From the NCBI GenBank assembly GCA_002633005.1, contig NMRA01000394.1, positions 223,256-287,255 of the forward strand: DNA of 64,000 bases. The letters are read 5' to 3'. The notes beneath the pieces are model-generated. The model saw only the letters and a list, made by a program, of their open reading frames with translations, had not been told where the DNA came from and did not search any database. Shown here in pieces: positions 38,401-49,077 of this stretch. A program made the translations under genes and the position numbers. Positions within the stretch are counted from its first letter, which is position 1, and every line of letters starts with the position of its first letter. The DNA is from Phoronis australis. Its lineage: Eukaryota > Animalia > Phoronida.

Positions 38401-40678
38401 ACTTCAGATTTTGTTCATGAAAAGTATATGAGTCATAGCACCTCATACAAAAGAGAACGATTGAAAACAATCTCTAGCATTGTTAGTTCAGTTGCCTTAC
38501 GGTCTAGTGGTGTGCTTCCGGAGAAAGGTGCTTTGGGGGTATTTGCATTAAATTATTTCTGAACTGAAACAATTTATACTACAAAATGGAACGTCCCAGC
38601 GGAGATAACATGGTAAAAATCCAGCATTGCGTCGACACTTGCACAGAAATAGCTTATGCCCGTGGAATAACGCATCGCAGCGTCCTTTCAGCTGCCCGGC
38701 CGCCACGTTAATAACGAAAAATTTGTTCTAGTCAAGAGGGAAGAATTCGACATGCTCAGCCATGCAGTCTGCATGTGCATGTATGAGGCAACAGGCCACT
38801 GCAAACGTGTTTCTGGTCGACACGTCTTAAGAAAGTTGGACTAAAATCCATTAAACGTCGTTAGTTTTCAAATGTTTGAACAGAAGACCAAAGACCACAA
38901 CTATAGTTCTACAATTTAGGCCCAAAAGCAGTGGTTTGGGATTTGAGAATTGATGCGACGATCTGATGTGTCTGGCGTGTTTAAAATTACTTTCTTCACA
39001 GGTGTACATATTTGCTTTTCCAAAACTACGCCGCGGTGTTCTTATCATTTGCGCGAATTGGAATTGACCTAATCGCCAGCAATACTCCTGATGGCGACAC
39101 TGGAATGGCAGCTGAAATTAATCCTCTGTGGCACGCGATTGAACCGGGTCTTGTCTAAAGCAACAACAACCTCTCAGTTCTTCTTCCACGCACAGTATGA
39201 CATCGATTTTTCGCAGTAAACAGTAAATGTCGAAGGTATATTTTTGACAGACAGCACAAGTTTATTGGCCCTTTAACATATGTCTGATATCGGCTTAACA
39301 TGATGCGGGGTGCTTTTTTGCTGAGCTCACATTAGCTTCAGTGACGCGGCTGGATATTTGAGGAGTCAAACAAGTGCTTCTACTCCCTGGTTCACTACGT
39401 GCCTAGCCAGCACGCAGGTATCCCGCAGTGACACACACTTTAGCGTTGGTTGATATAACCTCGGCAGTCATTGGTTAGCTAAGAACGTGAAAAAATGGGG
39501 CAGCATGAACGATTTTTAGCCTTGTCATGCAAGTGGCGTAGCAGCAATTATTTCGTTTCTGCAGTAATGTTTAATAGCCGCGTGCTTGAAGCACATACAT
39601 GTATGTAATAAACCCATATCTGGCCGATTTAACCGGTGTGTTATTCATACTGTATGAATACAGGACAGTGTCATAAACAAAATTCATCGACAATAGAAAA
39701 ATACACTCCGAAAAAGCGCAACTATTATTTCTGGGATTCGCATTTCCAGAACATAAATTTTAAGCAACGATTTGCCTGTACAACAGACCACATCAGTCAT
39801 GCCAGTTTGTTTAAGGGAGGTGCTCCCTGTTGAGAATTTGACCAGCCAATCAGAAACGACAGTGTAAAAAAATTACCGAGGAAAATTGAGTGATACCTGC
39901 GGGCTCACTACCTCCCAGCGGCACGCAGGGAACCAACGAGGTGCTTCTACAGCTGCCGACCCGTAGGGTGCTCAGGTTTCCTTTGCCACCGCTAAAGGAA
40001 AATCATCCATAGCTTGTTGTAATTCATGTCATTTAAGGCAGTGGCTGCAAAAGAGTTGTCAAGCGACTACCTTAAAAGCTAGCATGAATGAATTTGCGAT
40101 GGCGGAAATATATTTTTTTTGCCCTAGGAAAGAACAATAGCACAAAACCAGCAGAATGTGCGCCCAATGATATCCAAGTTCACCGACAGGGATCCCTCTC
40201 TCTATTTTTTATGTTGCCTATGTCACCGAGGCTCGGGCAATTGCTTGTTGTTCCGGATATCAAAACGGCAATGATTGTTACATCCTACACATAAGAATGA
40301 GCCACCAATGGACCCTTGTGATCATTTTCTCAGTTTCATATTCCTGGTTTCTTTTTGCAGAAAGTACATGCCGAGCCAGAAAACAAACCATCACTATCTC
40401 TAGGTAGCACACAGTGGGCGGAAAAGATCGCGAATGGTGTTCCTAAGTCGGAAAATTTGAGCAGAGTGGAAGTTGACGAAAGTTCGCCGCTGCTGCTTGG
40501 CATTTATAAAGCCGTCCATCAGCTCAGGGCGGCTGCAGAAGCCAAAGAAGAAGAAGACAGTATTGCCAGCGAGTGGCAGATGATGGCTATTATATTGGAC
40601 CAGCTCTTCTTCATGATTTTTGTTTTAGTCACAATAATTTTAGCGATCTACATATTTTCATACACTCCTTCCCGTTGA
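11351..40678 (+). CDS. Nicotinic acetylcholine receptor alpha-type subunit (alpha7/alpha9/alpha10-like clade), 8 coding exons: join(11351..11420,27248..27387,28379..28423,32280..32389,32732..33004,34455..34720,37630..37823,40361..40678), 1416 nt, 471 aa
   Basis: Manual splicing gives one open frame with GT-AG at every intron. Motifs found: signal peptide, [18 protein letters not shown], Cys-loop [19 protein letters not shown], loop [11 protein letters not shown]1, DSGEKVSL-M2, M3, and M4 ([14 protein letters not shown]). Exon sizes 140/45/110 match the conserved 5' exon layout of nAChR genes. Confidence 0.93.
16082..16405 (+). mobile_element. Kolobok-like non-autonomous element, copy A
   Basis: Begins AGGATACTAAACCCTGTTTT and ends AAAACCTGGTTTG. 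Collinear with 33096..33474. Confidence 0.7.
16478..16725 (+). mobile_element. MITE, CATGC..CACCCAG TIR family, 5-bp TSD AGGAG
   Basis: AGGAG|CATGCACGCACCCAG...CTGGGTGCGCCAATC|AGGAG. Interior is collinear with 46379..46643. Confidence 0.88.
17231..17305 (+). repeat. Dispersed repeat starting GGATTGTTCT(G/A)AAACC followed by CCCYTCGACCC sub-repeats; second copy at 55657..55785
   Basis: The two copies share their start (15 of 16 bases) and the same pyrimidine-rich GACCC sub-repeat array. Confidence 0.65.
18170..18446. mobile_element. MITE with GGGGT(G/C)TAAT termini and CTCGAAAT subterminal repeats (PIF/Harbinger-like ends)
   Basis: Left GGGGTGTAATTATCATACTCGAAATACAGCTCGAAA versus right reverse-complement GGGGTCTAATCTTTGAACTCGAAATCTGAACTCGAAA. 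Flanked by GACCC on both sides. Confidence 0.7.
18466..19948 (+). mobile_element. Decayed full-length Tc1/mariner-superfamily transposon (DDD type, maT/DD37D-like) in nAChR intron 1
   Basis: 12-bp TIR TCAGGTGTCCTA / TAGGACACCTGA. Frameshifted transposase pieces in order: HTH with GTGRPKT, IVFTD (19145), MVSAGV...IHFIE, VFQQD (19457), [17 protein letters not shown] (D at 19556, equivalent to WPPxSPDLNPxDY). Confidence 0.88.
22676..22828. mobile_element. Small MITE with ~35-bp imperfect TIRs
   Basis: ATAAATGTCTTCGTGCGATCGTAATTTCGAC versus GTCGAAACTGCGATCGCGTGAACACATTTAT. Confidence 0.65.
27248..27387 (+). CDS. nAChR exon 2 ([46 protein letters not shown])
   Basis: Acceptor TTTCAG, donor ATG|GTGAGT, 140 nt. 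Encodes the N-terminal helix and the VRPV motif. Confidence 0.93.
28379..28423 (+). CDS. nAChR exon 3 ([15 protein letters not shown])
   Basis: Poly-T acceptor TTTTTCAG, donor CTC|GTAAGT, canonical 45-nt exon with the loop-D Trp. Confidence 0.93.
28872..29016. mobile_element. MITE, CAG(T/G)GGCGGAT TIR family, 5-bp TSD GGGTG
   Basis: GGGTG|GAGTGGCGGATTTAG...CTGGATCCGCCCCTG|GGGTG. Confidence 0.82.
32280..32389 (+). CDS. nAChR exon 4 ([36 protein letters not shown])
   Basis: Acceptor TTGTTTCAG, donor GA|GTAAGT, canonical 110 nt. Contains WxPD and the loop-A Tyr. Confidence 0.95.
32732..33004 (+). CDS. nAChR exon 5 (Cys-loop, loop B)
   Basis: Acceptor TTTGTTTCCAG, donor AG|GTAAAC. Encodes C-x13-C, FGSWAFHG and NGEW. 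Confidence 0.95.
33096..33474 (+). mobile_element. Kolobok-like non-autonomous element, copy B (nAChR intron 5)
   Basis: TTAA|AAAATACTAAACCCTGTTTT ... AAAACCAGGTTTGGTATCCT|TTCA. The ~20-bp TIR with AG..CT ends and TTAA-like flanks fits Kolobok. Confidence 0.72.
34455..34720 (+). CDS. nAChR exon 6 (loop C, M1, M2)
   Basis: Acceptor TTTTCTAG, donor G|GTGAGT. Encodes [23 protein letters not shown] and [28 protein letters not shown]. Confidence 0.96.
36390..36705. repeat. Compound (GAT/GGT/GAC)n trinucleotide low-complexity tract in nAChR intron 6
   Basis: Direct reading. It explains the spurious 227-aa and 72-aa ORFs. Confidence 0.9.
37630..37823 (+). CDS. nAChR exon 7 (M3, MX helix)
   Basis: Acceptor CTCTTTTCCAG, donor AAG|GTAAAG. 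Encodes [25 protein letters not shown] and [10 protein letters not shown]. Confidence 0.92.
39383..39940 (+). mobile_element. Non-autonomous DNA transposon with 9-bp TSD GTGCTTCTA (Mutator/MULE-like), nAChR intron 7
   Basis: GTGCTTCTA|CTCCCTGGTTCACTACGTGCC...GGCACGCAGGGAACCAACGAG|GTGCTTCTA. Confidence 0.88.
40361..40678 (+). CDS. nAChR exon 8 (intracellular loop, MA helix, M4, stop)
   Basis: Acceptor CTTTTTGCAG in phase 0. Encodes [30 protein letters not shown] and ends in TGA. An AATAAA lies at 41039. Confidence 0.93.
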   Translation, partial: KVHAEPENKPSLSLGSTQWAEKIANGVPKSENLSRVEVDESSPLLLGIYKAVHQLRAAAEAKEEEDSIASEWQMMAIILDQLFFMIFVLVTIILAIYIFSYTPSR

Positions 40679-42446
40679 TAGGGACTATATCCGCATGAAA
40701 ACAGACTTTGCATATTTTGGTAGAAGAATAGCTAAAACAGTTATTTAGTGTAAGTAATCATAGAAAAAAATATCCCTGGCATCGCGTTATTTATTAATTC
40801 ATAAACCGGAAATGCTACCCGATTACCATGGCACTATTTTGCCTAACCTCGAGATCTCTAGAGCTACCATTTTGCAAGCTAATTCATCAGCTCTGATTCA
40901 ACAAAGAGCTGCCGTGCCCGGGATTTGGATCAGTATCTGGAAATTGCAAATTAGCAGGAATTCCAGAGGTAGAAAAGAAAATATTTAGCGAATGTGACGG
41001 TAAAAGAAAATAACTTCCATTTGATACAGTAACGGGGAAATAAAAAGTCTCACCTGGCTGTATATGTAGTTTACTTTTTAGGCATCTGTCGCCTGCCACT
41101 TTGCTCTCAGATACATTGTAAGGCAAACTCTTCCAGTGTCTACTGTTACAGAAATAACATCGGAGAGAAAAGTGTTGTTTTTTCGGCAGTAAAATCTATA
41201 ATGACCCATTAAACTCCGATTGGCTATTGTCTCACTTTACATGTCAGTCAAAACCTTAGACACGTAACAGAGCTTTTGCGTTGCGTTGAAAGTTTACCTA
41301 GCTGCCTCCAGACTAGATTTTGTGGTAGATCGCAACGTAATTTAACTTCGTGTGTCACCAATGCTCTTGCAAGTTGTCACGAAATCGACTGCTGTCTCAA
41401 AGCATTCAAATACCACGACATTTGGTGTTTAGGTAGGAGAGCAACATAGAGATAAGTGATTTGGGTGGGAACAGCGTTGCGTGTGCGCACTAGCGCTTTG
41501 GAAAACCAGTCATATTTTACATTGCACTTTGTGGGGACCGGAAAATAAAATGTAGACTTTTGCAAAGTAGTTAGTACATGGCAAAAACTGTGCTTGATGA
41601 TAAATGCATCTCATTAGTACGTTAATATTGCCGGATTGTGAGGACATAGAATCTTTCAAATTATTCATGAAGTTGCCGTTGATGTCTCGGATGTCTGCTT
41701 TACTGGTCTGACGATGCCGGAGTGATTAGTGGATGTAATAATCTGTGATTGTAGCTCTTAACTGAAATTAATTCATGGCGCTTTTTGTATCGAGTGCTAA
41801 GTTCCGGTAAAAACACTGACCCTGAAAAATGGGCTTATATTTCAAATTACACGTTCCTCACTAACATAATTCGCATTTAGATGCTCTCGAAAATTAAGCA
41901 TAAGTAGTTTTCAGAAAGAAGAACAAGTGTGCAACAATCCTGAATGTGTTGAGATGGTATGATTGCTGCTGCACCCGTTTAACAGTAAAGTAGATATCCT
42001 ACAAAATTATTGTTTTTACAGGATCAGTTACATGGGAAATGCTCGTGAGTTGGTTTATTATTTACTTTACCTAGGGTTGATGATTCGTGGAGTTTTTAAA
42101 AGTACGTGCATTTATGAGTGGATATAGACGAACTCAGTTTACCAAGAGTAAGGCGGTTGAAGATAACCGTTTATTGCCAATCTGAATCATGGTCATTGAA
42201 CGACGTTCAGCCATACACGAATCCACGCTGTACGGTATCGCCTGCAATCCTGAATGTTGAATTAGACGCGATCAACAAATCAATTCACGTGCGTTTCCCG
42301 TGTAAAGTGGACGGTAGAGCAAGATCCGCTAAAACTGTTTTTCATAAAAAAATATGTATGAAGTTGTCAAAAGCCTTCAATTGTGTCATTTGCAATATAT
42401 TTCGGAATTTCCTTGCCTAGTTTTCGTTCGAAGGTCTCAGTTATAG

Positions 42447-43042
42447 CTTGCTGGTTCTCTAGCGTGCCTAGCCAGCACGCAGGTATCACGCAGTGGCACG
42501 CGCTTTAGCATTGGTTGAGGTAACCTCAGCAGTCATTAGCTAGCTTTACAACACCGTGAAAAGATGGCGGACTGAGAATGAGTTTTAGCCTTGTCATGCA
42601 GGTGGCGTCACAGCAAATATTTCGTTTCTGCAGTGATGTTAAATAGCCGCGTACTTGAAGCACATACATGTACAATAAAGTCACATATCTGGCCGATTTA
42701 ACCGGTGTGTTATTCATGCTGTATGAATAAGGGCAGTATCGTAAACAAAGTTATCGACAGTAGAAAGATGCAAGTCGAAAAGGCGCAATTACAATTTCTA
42801 TGATTCACATTTCCTAAACATAAATTTTAAGCACCGATTAGTCTGTAAAACAGACCACATTTACACTTGAGTCCATCAGTCATGCCAGTTTGTTTGCGTA
42901 AAGCGCTGCCTGTTGAGAATTCGACTAGCCAATCAGAAACGCCGGTTTAAAACAATTTCCCGAGGAAAATTAAGTGATACACTGTACATGTACCTGCATG
43001 TTGGCTACTGGCCACCTAGCGGCACGCAGGGAACCAGCCGAG
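42447..43042 (+). mobile_element. Second copy of the same family, 9-bp TSD CAGTTATAG
   Basis: CAGTTATAG|CTTGCTGGTTCTCTAGCGTGCC...GGCACGCAGGGAACCAGCCGAG|CAGTTATAG. Collinear with 39383..39940. Confidence 0.88.
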
Positions 43043-44574
43043 CAGTTATAGTAGTATATTTAAAAATTCTTGGCCTAAGAGATAAACATGCACCAAATAA
43101 AAAAGATTAATCCAGCAGCTAGTTTTTGTTTACGTTTACTAACTGTTCAGAAGATGTTGATCATAGAATATAAGTGCTTTGGTGTCATCTATTTTCATTA
43201 TGTTCCTTTCGCCAAGAGCTTTCATTTAGCTTATATCAATCGTATGTTGAGTGACTTCCCCATTGGTCATGTGTATACCAAAGAGTTATTTCTTGAAGTA
43301 TTCCTTAAGGTGTCAAAATCCGTTTTGTCATTTGTATGGTTTGCATGCTTTTCAAACAACAACTTTACATTTACAACATCAAAAAGTGCTCTAAAACTTT
43401 TTTTTCGTTTTTTAAAGTAAAGTTGTTATATGCTAAAGCCAGATATAACGAATTTTGTCTCCGATTTTGTTTTAGCAACTTGATTCCTTGGCATTTAAAA
43501 GCCAAATCTAGAGACAATTCTCACAATTTAACAATGGATAATTAACTGTTTTTCTGCAGTAAATCGAAAGGTCTGTTACTGAAGAAATCATGTATTGACA
43601 ATCAGATTTCTCTCATTTTCTGATTCGAATTATCGGATTTATACTGGCTAACTAGTGGGTAGATCTTATCGCAATTCATCGTCGGAATCATAGAACGGTA
43701 GAGATAGGATTCCAACTTCGTCAAAGGCTCGCCGGGGTGGCTCAGAAATTTCGAAACTGTTTCTTTCTGTAATGTCGAACTGGAGAATAGGGCTATGTCT
43801 CGTGGGAAGCACAATAGCACAGATGATACATGCATGTCAATGTGTCAAAGAGCAGAATATTTTGATGGTGTGGCAGAAAATATTCCAAACGTGGGACAGT
43901 CCGCCAAAAGCGGGGCAGCTGGCGAGTTGGGTGTCGGTAAACCAAAAAATTGGATTGGATTCTTTTGCACGATGTAGGTAAATATTGTAGATAACATTAC
44001 TGCTCAGAAATTGAATTAGCTTAGTTCTGGGCAACATTAAATCATTGTTAAAAACAATACAAAACTGTAGTAATAACACATTGCATACAGTACATACACA
44101 CACAACTACACACAAACATACAGTAGCTTTGCGTAAGATTCGTGAACACATCTGTTACTAAGTTTTTTCATTTATAATTGCAGAACAAACACTCAGAAGC
44201 CAAATGTCACGTGTTTCCGTGAAACATTCAAATGTGAATATGTCTTGAAAAACTTCTCATGTGTAGAGTTTGATAGGTTGTCGAAAATTCGATCAGCAAC
44301 GTCCAAGTTTTTGTCAGCGAAATATTAAGTTCAAATAGATTGAATAACACTTGTTAACTTGCAATAAGAAAAATCTTGCCTTTAGTTATAAGTAGGGCTG
44401 CAACGTGTACCGAGAACCGCCGTCCAGATCTCTCCGGTTTGGTTCTTGTCCACATATCTTTGTTTCGACACGAGTTATGACAAGCGCCACCTAACGGTCG
44501 ACATATGTACTAAACTGAAACGATGTTCCATTAACGGGAAAAAGTTCGTCAGTCACAACTTTTGATTTAATTGT

Positions 44575-45924
44575 CAGTGGCGGATTTACGGGGGGGGTTC
44601 AGGGGGTTAAAACCCCCCTCGGGCCAGGACCCAAAAATTAGAAAAAAACAAAAACGTCTCCAGCAAAAGAAAAACGGCACCGCCAGCGTGTGTAAACCCC
44701 AAGTAAATCAACTTGGAAAAAAACGAGGGGGGTTCACTCTAAAAATATTTTTTTTTGCATTGTGAATTGCTGTTATGAAAATCAACACGTTTCGAGTCTT
44801 CGTGGCTCGTCGGCAAAACCCAGGAGATCAATTGTGGGTGCGCTTCCGACGACACTTCTGAAGTAGCCAAGCACTTTAGATGGATCCACCGCTGAAAGGG
44901 CAGCTCTATATCTGATTTCTTTAGGTATTCTAGTTTCTTTACTCTAAGATATGTTTTGATTTGATTAGGGGAAATACTGTGGTGCCGCAATCCTGATATT
45001 CAGGCGAAACGTTTGTAACTCGAATTTGACTGATGCATAGTAAAGTTGTCTTGCGCGATATCATACAGTGTACATGTACATGTAATACTTGAAAAAAACT
45101 CGTTTTCCGAAGAATTGCTATTGTGGCCTGCGCCGTGGTCTGGTCGCGAGTCTGTTTGAAGATGCTCTCTAACAAGTTATGTCTATACAAGGAATGACCA
45201 AGGGAACACTCACATTGACAAAGTGACAGCATTCGCGAACAGTGNNNNNNNNNNNNNNNNNNNNNNNNNNNNNNNNNNNNNNNNNNNNNNNNNNNNNNNN
45301 NNNNNNNNNNNNNNNNNNNNNNNNNNNNNNNNNNNNNNNNNNNNNNNNNNNNNNNNNNNNNNNNNNNNNNNNNNNNNNNNNNNNNNNNNNNNNNNNNNNN
45401 NNNNNNNNNNNNNNNNNNNNNNNNNNNNNNNNNNNNNNNNNNNNNNNNNNNNNNNNNNNNNNNNNNNNNNNNNNNNNNNNNNNNNNNNNNNNNNNNNNNN
45501 NNNNNNNNNNNNNNNNNNNNNNNNNNNNNNNNNNNNNNNNNNNNNNNNNNNNNNNNNNNNNNNNNNNNNNNNNNNNNNNNNNNNNNNNNNNNNNNNNNNN
45601 NNNNNNNNNNNNNNNNNNNNNNNNNNNNNNNNNNNNNNNNNNNNNNNNNNNNNNNNNNNNNNNNNNNNNNNNNNNNNNNNNNNNNNNNNNNNNNNNNNNN
45701 NNNNNNNNNNNNNNNNNNNNNNNNNNNNNNNNNNNNNNNNNNNNNNNNNNNNNNNNNNNNNNNNNNNNNNNNNNNNNNNNNNNNNNNNNNNNNNNNNNNN
45801 NNNNNNNNNNNNNNNNNNNNNNNNNNNNNNNNNNNNNNNNCCCCCCGCTCGGCGCCACGCGCCTCGGATTCGACCTTTGCGGGAATCCTAACCCCCCCTT
45901 ACTGAAAACGTAGATCCGCCCCTG
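44575..45924 (-). mobile_element. Longer CAG(T/G)GGCGGAT TIR element with 5-bp TSD ATTGT; spans the N gap; possible hAT transposase C-terminal relic
   Basis: ATTGT|CAGTGGCGGATTTACG...CGTAGATCCGCCCCTG|ATTGT. Minus-strand peptides IKTYLR (44943-44960) and VDPSKVLGYF...FADEPRRL (~44794-44890) resemble the end of the hAT dimerisation domain. Confidence 0.8.
45245..45840. other. Assembly gap (N run)
   Basis: 596 consecutive N. Confidence 0.99.
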
Positions 45925-46378
45925 ATTGTTATGACTAACGTCGTTGCTTTTAGTGAGTAAAACCTACCCGACAACACTACGTATTTGAACATTTCACATG
46001 ACTTCTGTCCAGAGCCTATTTTTGTAGACAAACAGGTTAGTGATGTCCACAATTAGTTTTTAGCGATAAAATTTAAATTTAATGTAACAACCGCAAAGAC
46101 GTGAAAAATAGACTGTATATATTTTATAAACAAAGTCTTGATATCTACGTGTAGTTGTGACATAGCTAAGAAAAGATGAACCACTAAAAGTTCAGGGTTT
46201 CACTTCGATTATAAATCAGCAACCAATACATTTCTGGTTAACGATGGTTCCGAGCAGCGGAGGTAATCACCCCGTAAACTTTCTCACTGCTCACTGATAA
46301 AAAGCTATATATCCCGGCAACATCTGTTGTAAGTGAGGGCGTTTTCTACGGCCGAGGATACTGAGTCTGCTCTAAGAG

Positions 46379-46643
46379 CATGCGTACACCCAGCCTACAT
46401 TATACGGGGGCTCGAATTTTTTGATATGAGGACCTTTAACTGAAAGAAATCAACGAGGACTAAAAAAACTGGGCAACTATGTTCAGGCCCACAGACCGTG
46501 CATCTGCGCTGAATTCCCGTGAATTTTGTAGACTCTTGTCTGATTTACTCGGACTTTTTGTTTCACCGAGGCGGACCTTTTTGCCCAATTCGCCAAATTG
46601 GGGAACTCATTCGAGCCCCCCGACCCCCCCGGGTGTGCCCATG
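46379..46643 (+). mobile_element. MITE, CATGC..CACCCAG TIR family, 5-bp TSD AAGAG
   Basis: AAGAG|CATGCGTACACCCAG...CCGGGTGTGCCCATG|AAGAG. Confidence 0.9.
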
Positions 46644-47959
46644 AAGAGCCTGTCTTGAAACAGGTCAAGTTGACAGGTTGATTTTTTTCCGAAAACATTG
46701 GCGTAGTTTATATGGCCATTGTTAGGTTTTTAAAAGTTAGTTAAAACCGTAAATATCTATGATGTCACATCTCCTCTATGTAAATATAGTTTTGAAGTTA
46801 TTAATTTTAAACATCTGGCATTGTTTTACCTTTGAAGCCAGTGAATACTGGGTACTACCTCTTGCCACTTAAATACGGGTTTGTTGGTCACTTACTTTAC
46901 ACTTCATTAAAACGACGTTTCGATATTAGATATTTGACTAATATCGAAACATCGTATTCATCCTGTACTGTCGTTTTTGTTTTCCACGTCCTATTTCTAA
47001 TTTGGCCAAAAACTAATATTATTCGCATGTCACTTTCAAAAACTACATAATTGTCCGTGCGGCTACATAATTCAGTATCAAATGAGAAAGAGGTGTATTG
47101 TAATGAATTCATTTCTGATGTCTGGAAGTTAAGAGTTGAATTAGATATATTTTTGATATGTTTGTGCAGTGTGTCATTGCTGCTCTAAGAGATGTTTTTT
47201 GATATATTTTAAAGAAAATAAAGTAAAATCTGGTTTTAACAGGAATGCGGGCAATATTCTTATTTCACTTTCGAATAAATTATTAGAAACTTCTGGAGCC
47301 GAACCGTGACAACCGAGAACAGAGGCTGAACCAAAGCGCAAAAGTGTAACCGTTGCAGCCCTAGTTTTAATAAATTATGCAAAGGCAAGTGGGCTTGCAC
47401 TTGTAAACAACAAAGATTTATCTTGATCATTCCATTCCGAACAATAATGACAAAATTAAAATTCAACAAATGAAAATTAGGCTGGACTTGACACCTTAAA
47501 CGCTCTATTAAAACTTAGTCGGGTGGACAATCGGAAATATCTTTTGCAACTTCTCGCGACCACTTGGGGTCGCACACGCTCCAACACCAAACATCATATA
47601 CGGAGATTACATTCCACTCCTCCAGTTCTGTGTCCAAACTAAGAAAGACTAATAATTACATTCACGAAACTGACTTCTGTATTTATCGCCTAATGTTTTT
47701 TAGAAACCGTGTGAACTGTGGCGGATCAGCTCACAGCTGACTGGTTGCCTGGCGGCCGTTTTCAAAAAAATTGTCATGCATTTTAGTTCATCAAAACGGC
47801 GACTAATGGGTGGCAGCGTTTGGCGATTTGGCGGTACACTCTTTCCCAATGTTACCAAAGGTAGCACTGTGAAATGTTGTTTAACATGTCTTTTCATTGG
47901 TTGAAGTAATGAAACCGACGACATAACATTCAGTGTCATTTCCATCGGTTGAAGTCTGG

Positions 47960-48230
47960 GAAACCCCTTTCAGTTTAATGCTACCTGCTATAGGCGACCA
48001 CCTTTGGCTCAAATAGTTGCAATTTATTAAAACAGCAGTGACTGAAGTAAAAAAAATCAAGATAACCGCTATCCAATGGCTTAAGGCCAAACAAGAACAG
48101 TGCATAAAGGCGCCAGGGTGTGCAAGTGATGGCGCTGTGATCGCTATACTTCCGACCAAGGCATGCGCACTGATGACCACACACGGAATTCCGTGTGCCG
48201 TTCATCACGTTTCCACAGGGCCACTTTTCA
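47960..48230 (-). pseudogene. Possible decayed His-Me-finger (His-Cys box, I-PpoI-like) nuclease coding relic
   Basis: The peptide LW(frameshift)GTRNSVCGHQ...TCTPWRLYALF...FSHCCFNKL/LFEPKVVAYSR parallels the family pattern LW.G....YG...HRL.Y...SHLCHNKLC....HL..EP..VN..R, with substitutions and an apparent deletion. Confidence 0.4.
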
Positions 48231-48904
48231 ATATTGGCGGCGCTGTGTCAGAGGGTAATTTTGCGGCAGCAAATATGGGTCTTCCGGGGAATATTGAGCC
48301 ATAATTTTGAAACTGAGTAACGACTTCAGTACTTGAAAAGTAGATGCAGGAAGATCATGTCAGCCGATGTTTGGCTAGTGATTAACTGACTTGAAAGAAT
48401 AACAGGTACATCGACTTTAATTGCGATTTCGTGCCTAAAAGTTCTGCTGCGAGTTGGGTATCACGAAGATTTGCCCTAGCTTTAATTTTATTTAAGTGCT
48501 TAAAATCACAAATATCATATCAAAAACGTCAAAAAACAACCCCGTCAGTAGGTCATGTTAGAATCCCGGCATACACTAACTGGCGAAATGTTAATAAGTT
48601 GATCTCGAGTTATGAGTACTGATTGGTTACTAAAATGCTACCTCGACTTAGGACAACCAATTACAGCATTAAGTTCGGTGTGAAAAATCGTCAGATATTG
48701 CTACTCGTTTTCCCGTGCTTTATGGTATGATAAAGAATAGTGAGGCGTTGTGTTTGTGGTGGTTGTGGCTACTCAATATTAACCACGTGACCCTTTCCAC
48801 TTTCTCGCGAGGCATCAGGGAAGCGCTGATATGGCACAAGTTTGTACCTGAAACACGCGTGTTGGTTCACACGACAAACACTGGCGTTGGGTACGTTCAT
48901 ACGG

Positions 48905-49077
48905 CACAATCATGTCCGAGGAGCTTTCAGTCAAAGTCGCTTTTCTTCTTTTGTTTTTTCGTTGTTTGGGATATTGAATTCACGATTATGAGATGCAGTG
49001 CTGTAAAGGAAGGTTTAATGAAGCTGAAAATGCAGTCACTTGTCAACAAAGTAAATGGTGGTCTTAACCACTTTAAC
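48905..49077 (+). repeat. Dispersed repeat ending CACTTTAA (Kolobok-like end); same-orientation copy at ~53200..53455
   Basis: Shared CATGTCC.AGGAGCT, AATTCACG, ATGCAGTGCT, AAGGTTTAATGA.GCTGA and ACAAAGTAAA.GGTGGT.TTAA.CACTTTAA. Confidence 0.8.

Noticed and set aside
45169-45913. Three ORFs of 222-229 aa
   Set aside because: Artefacts of translating the N gap.
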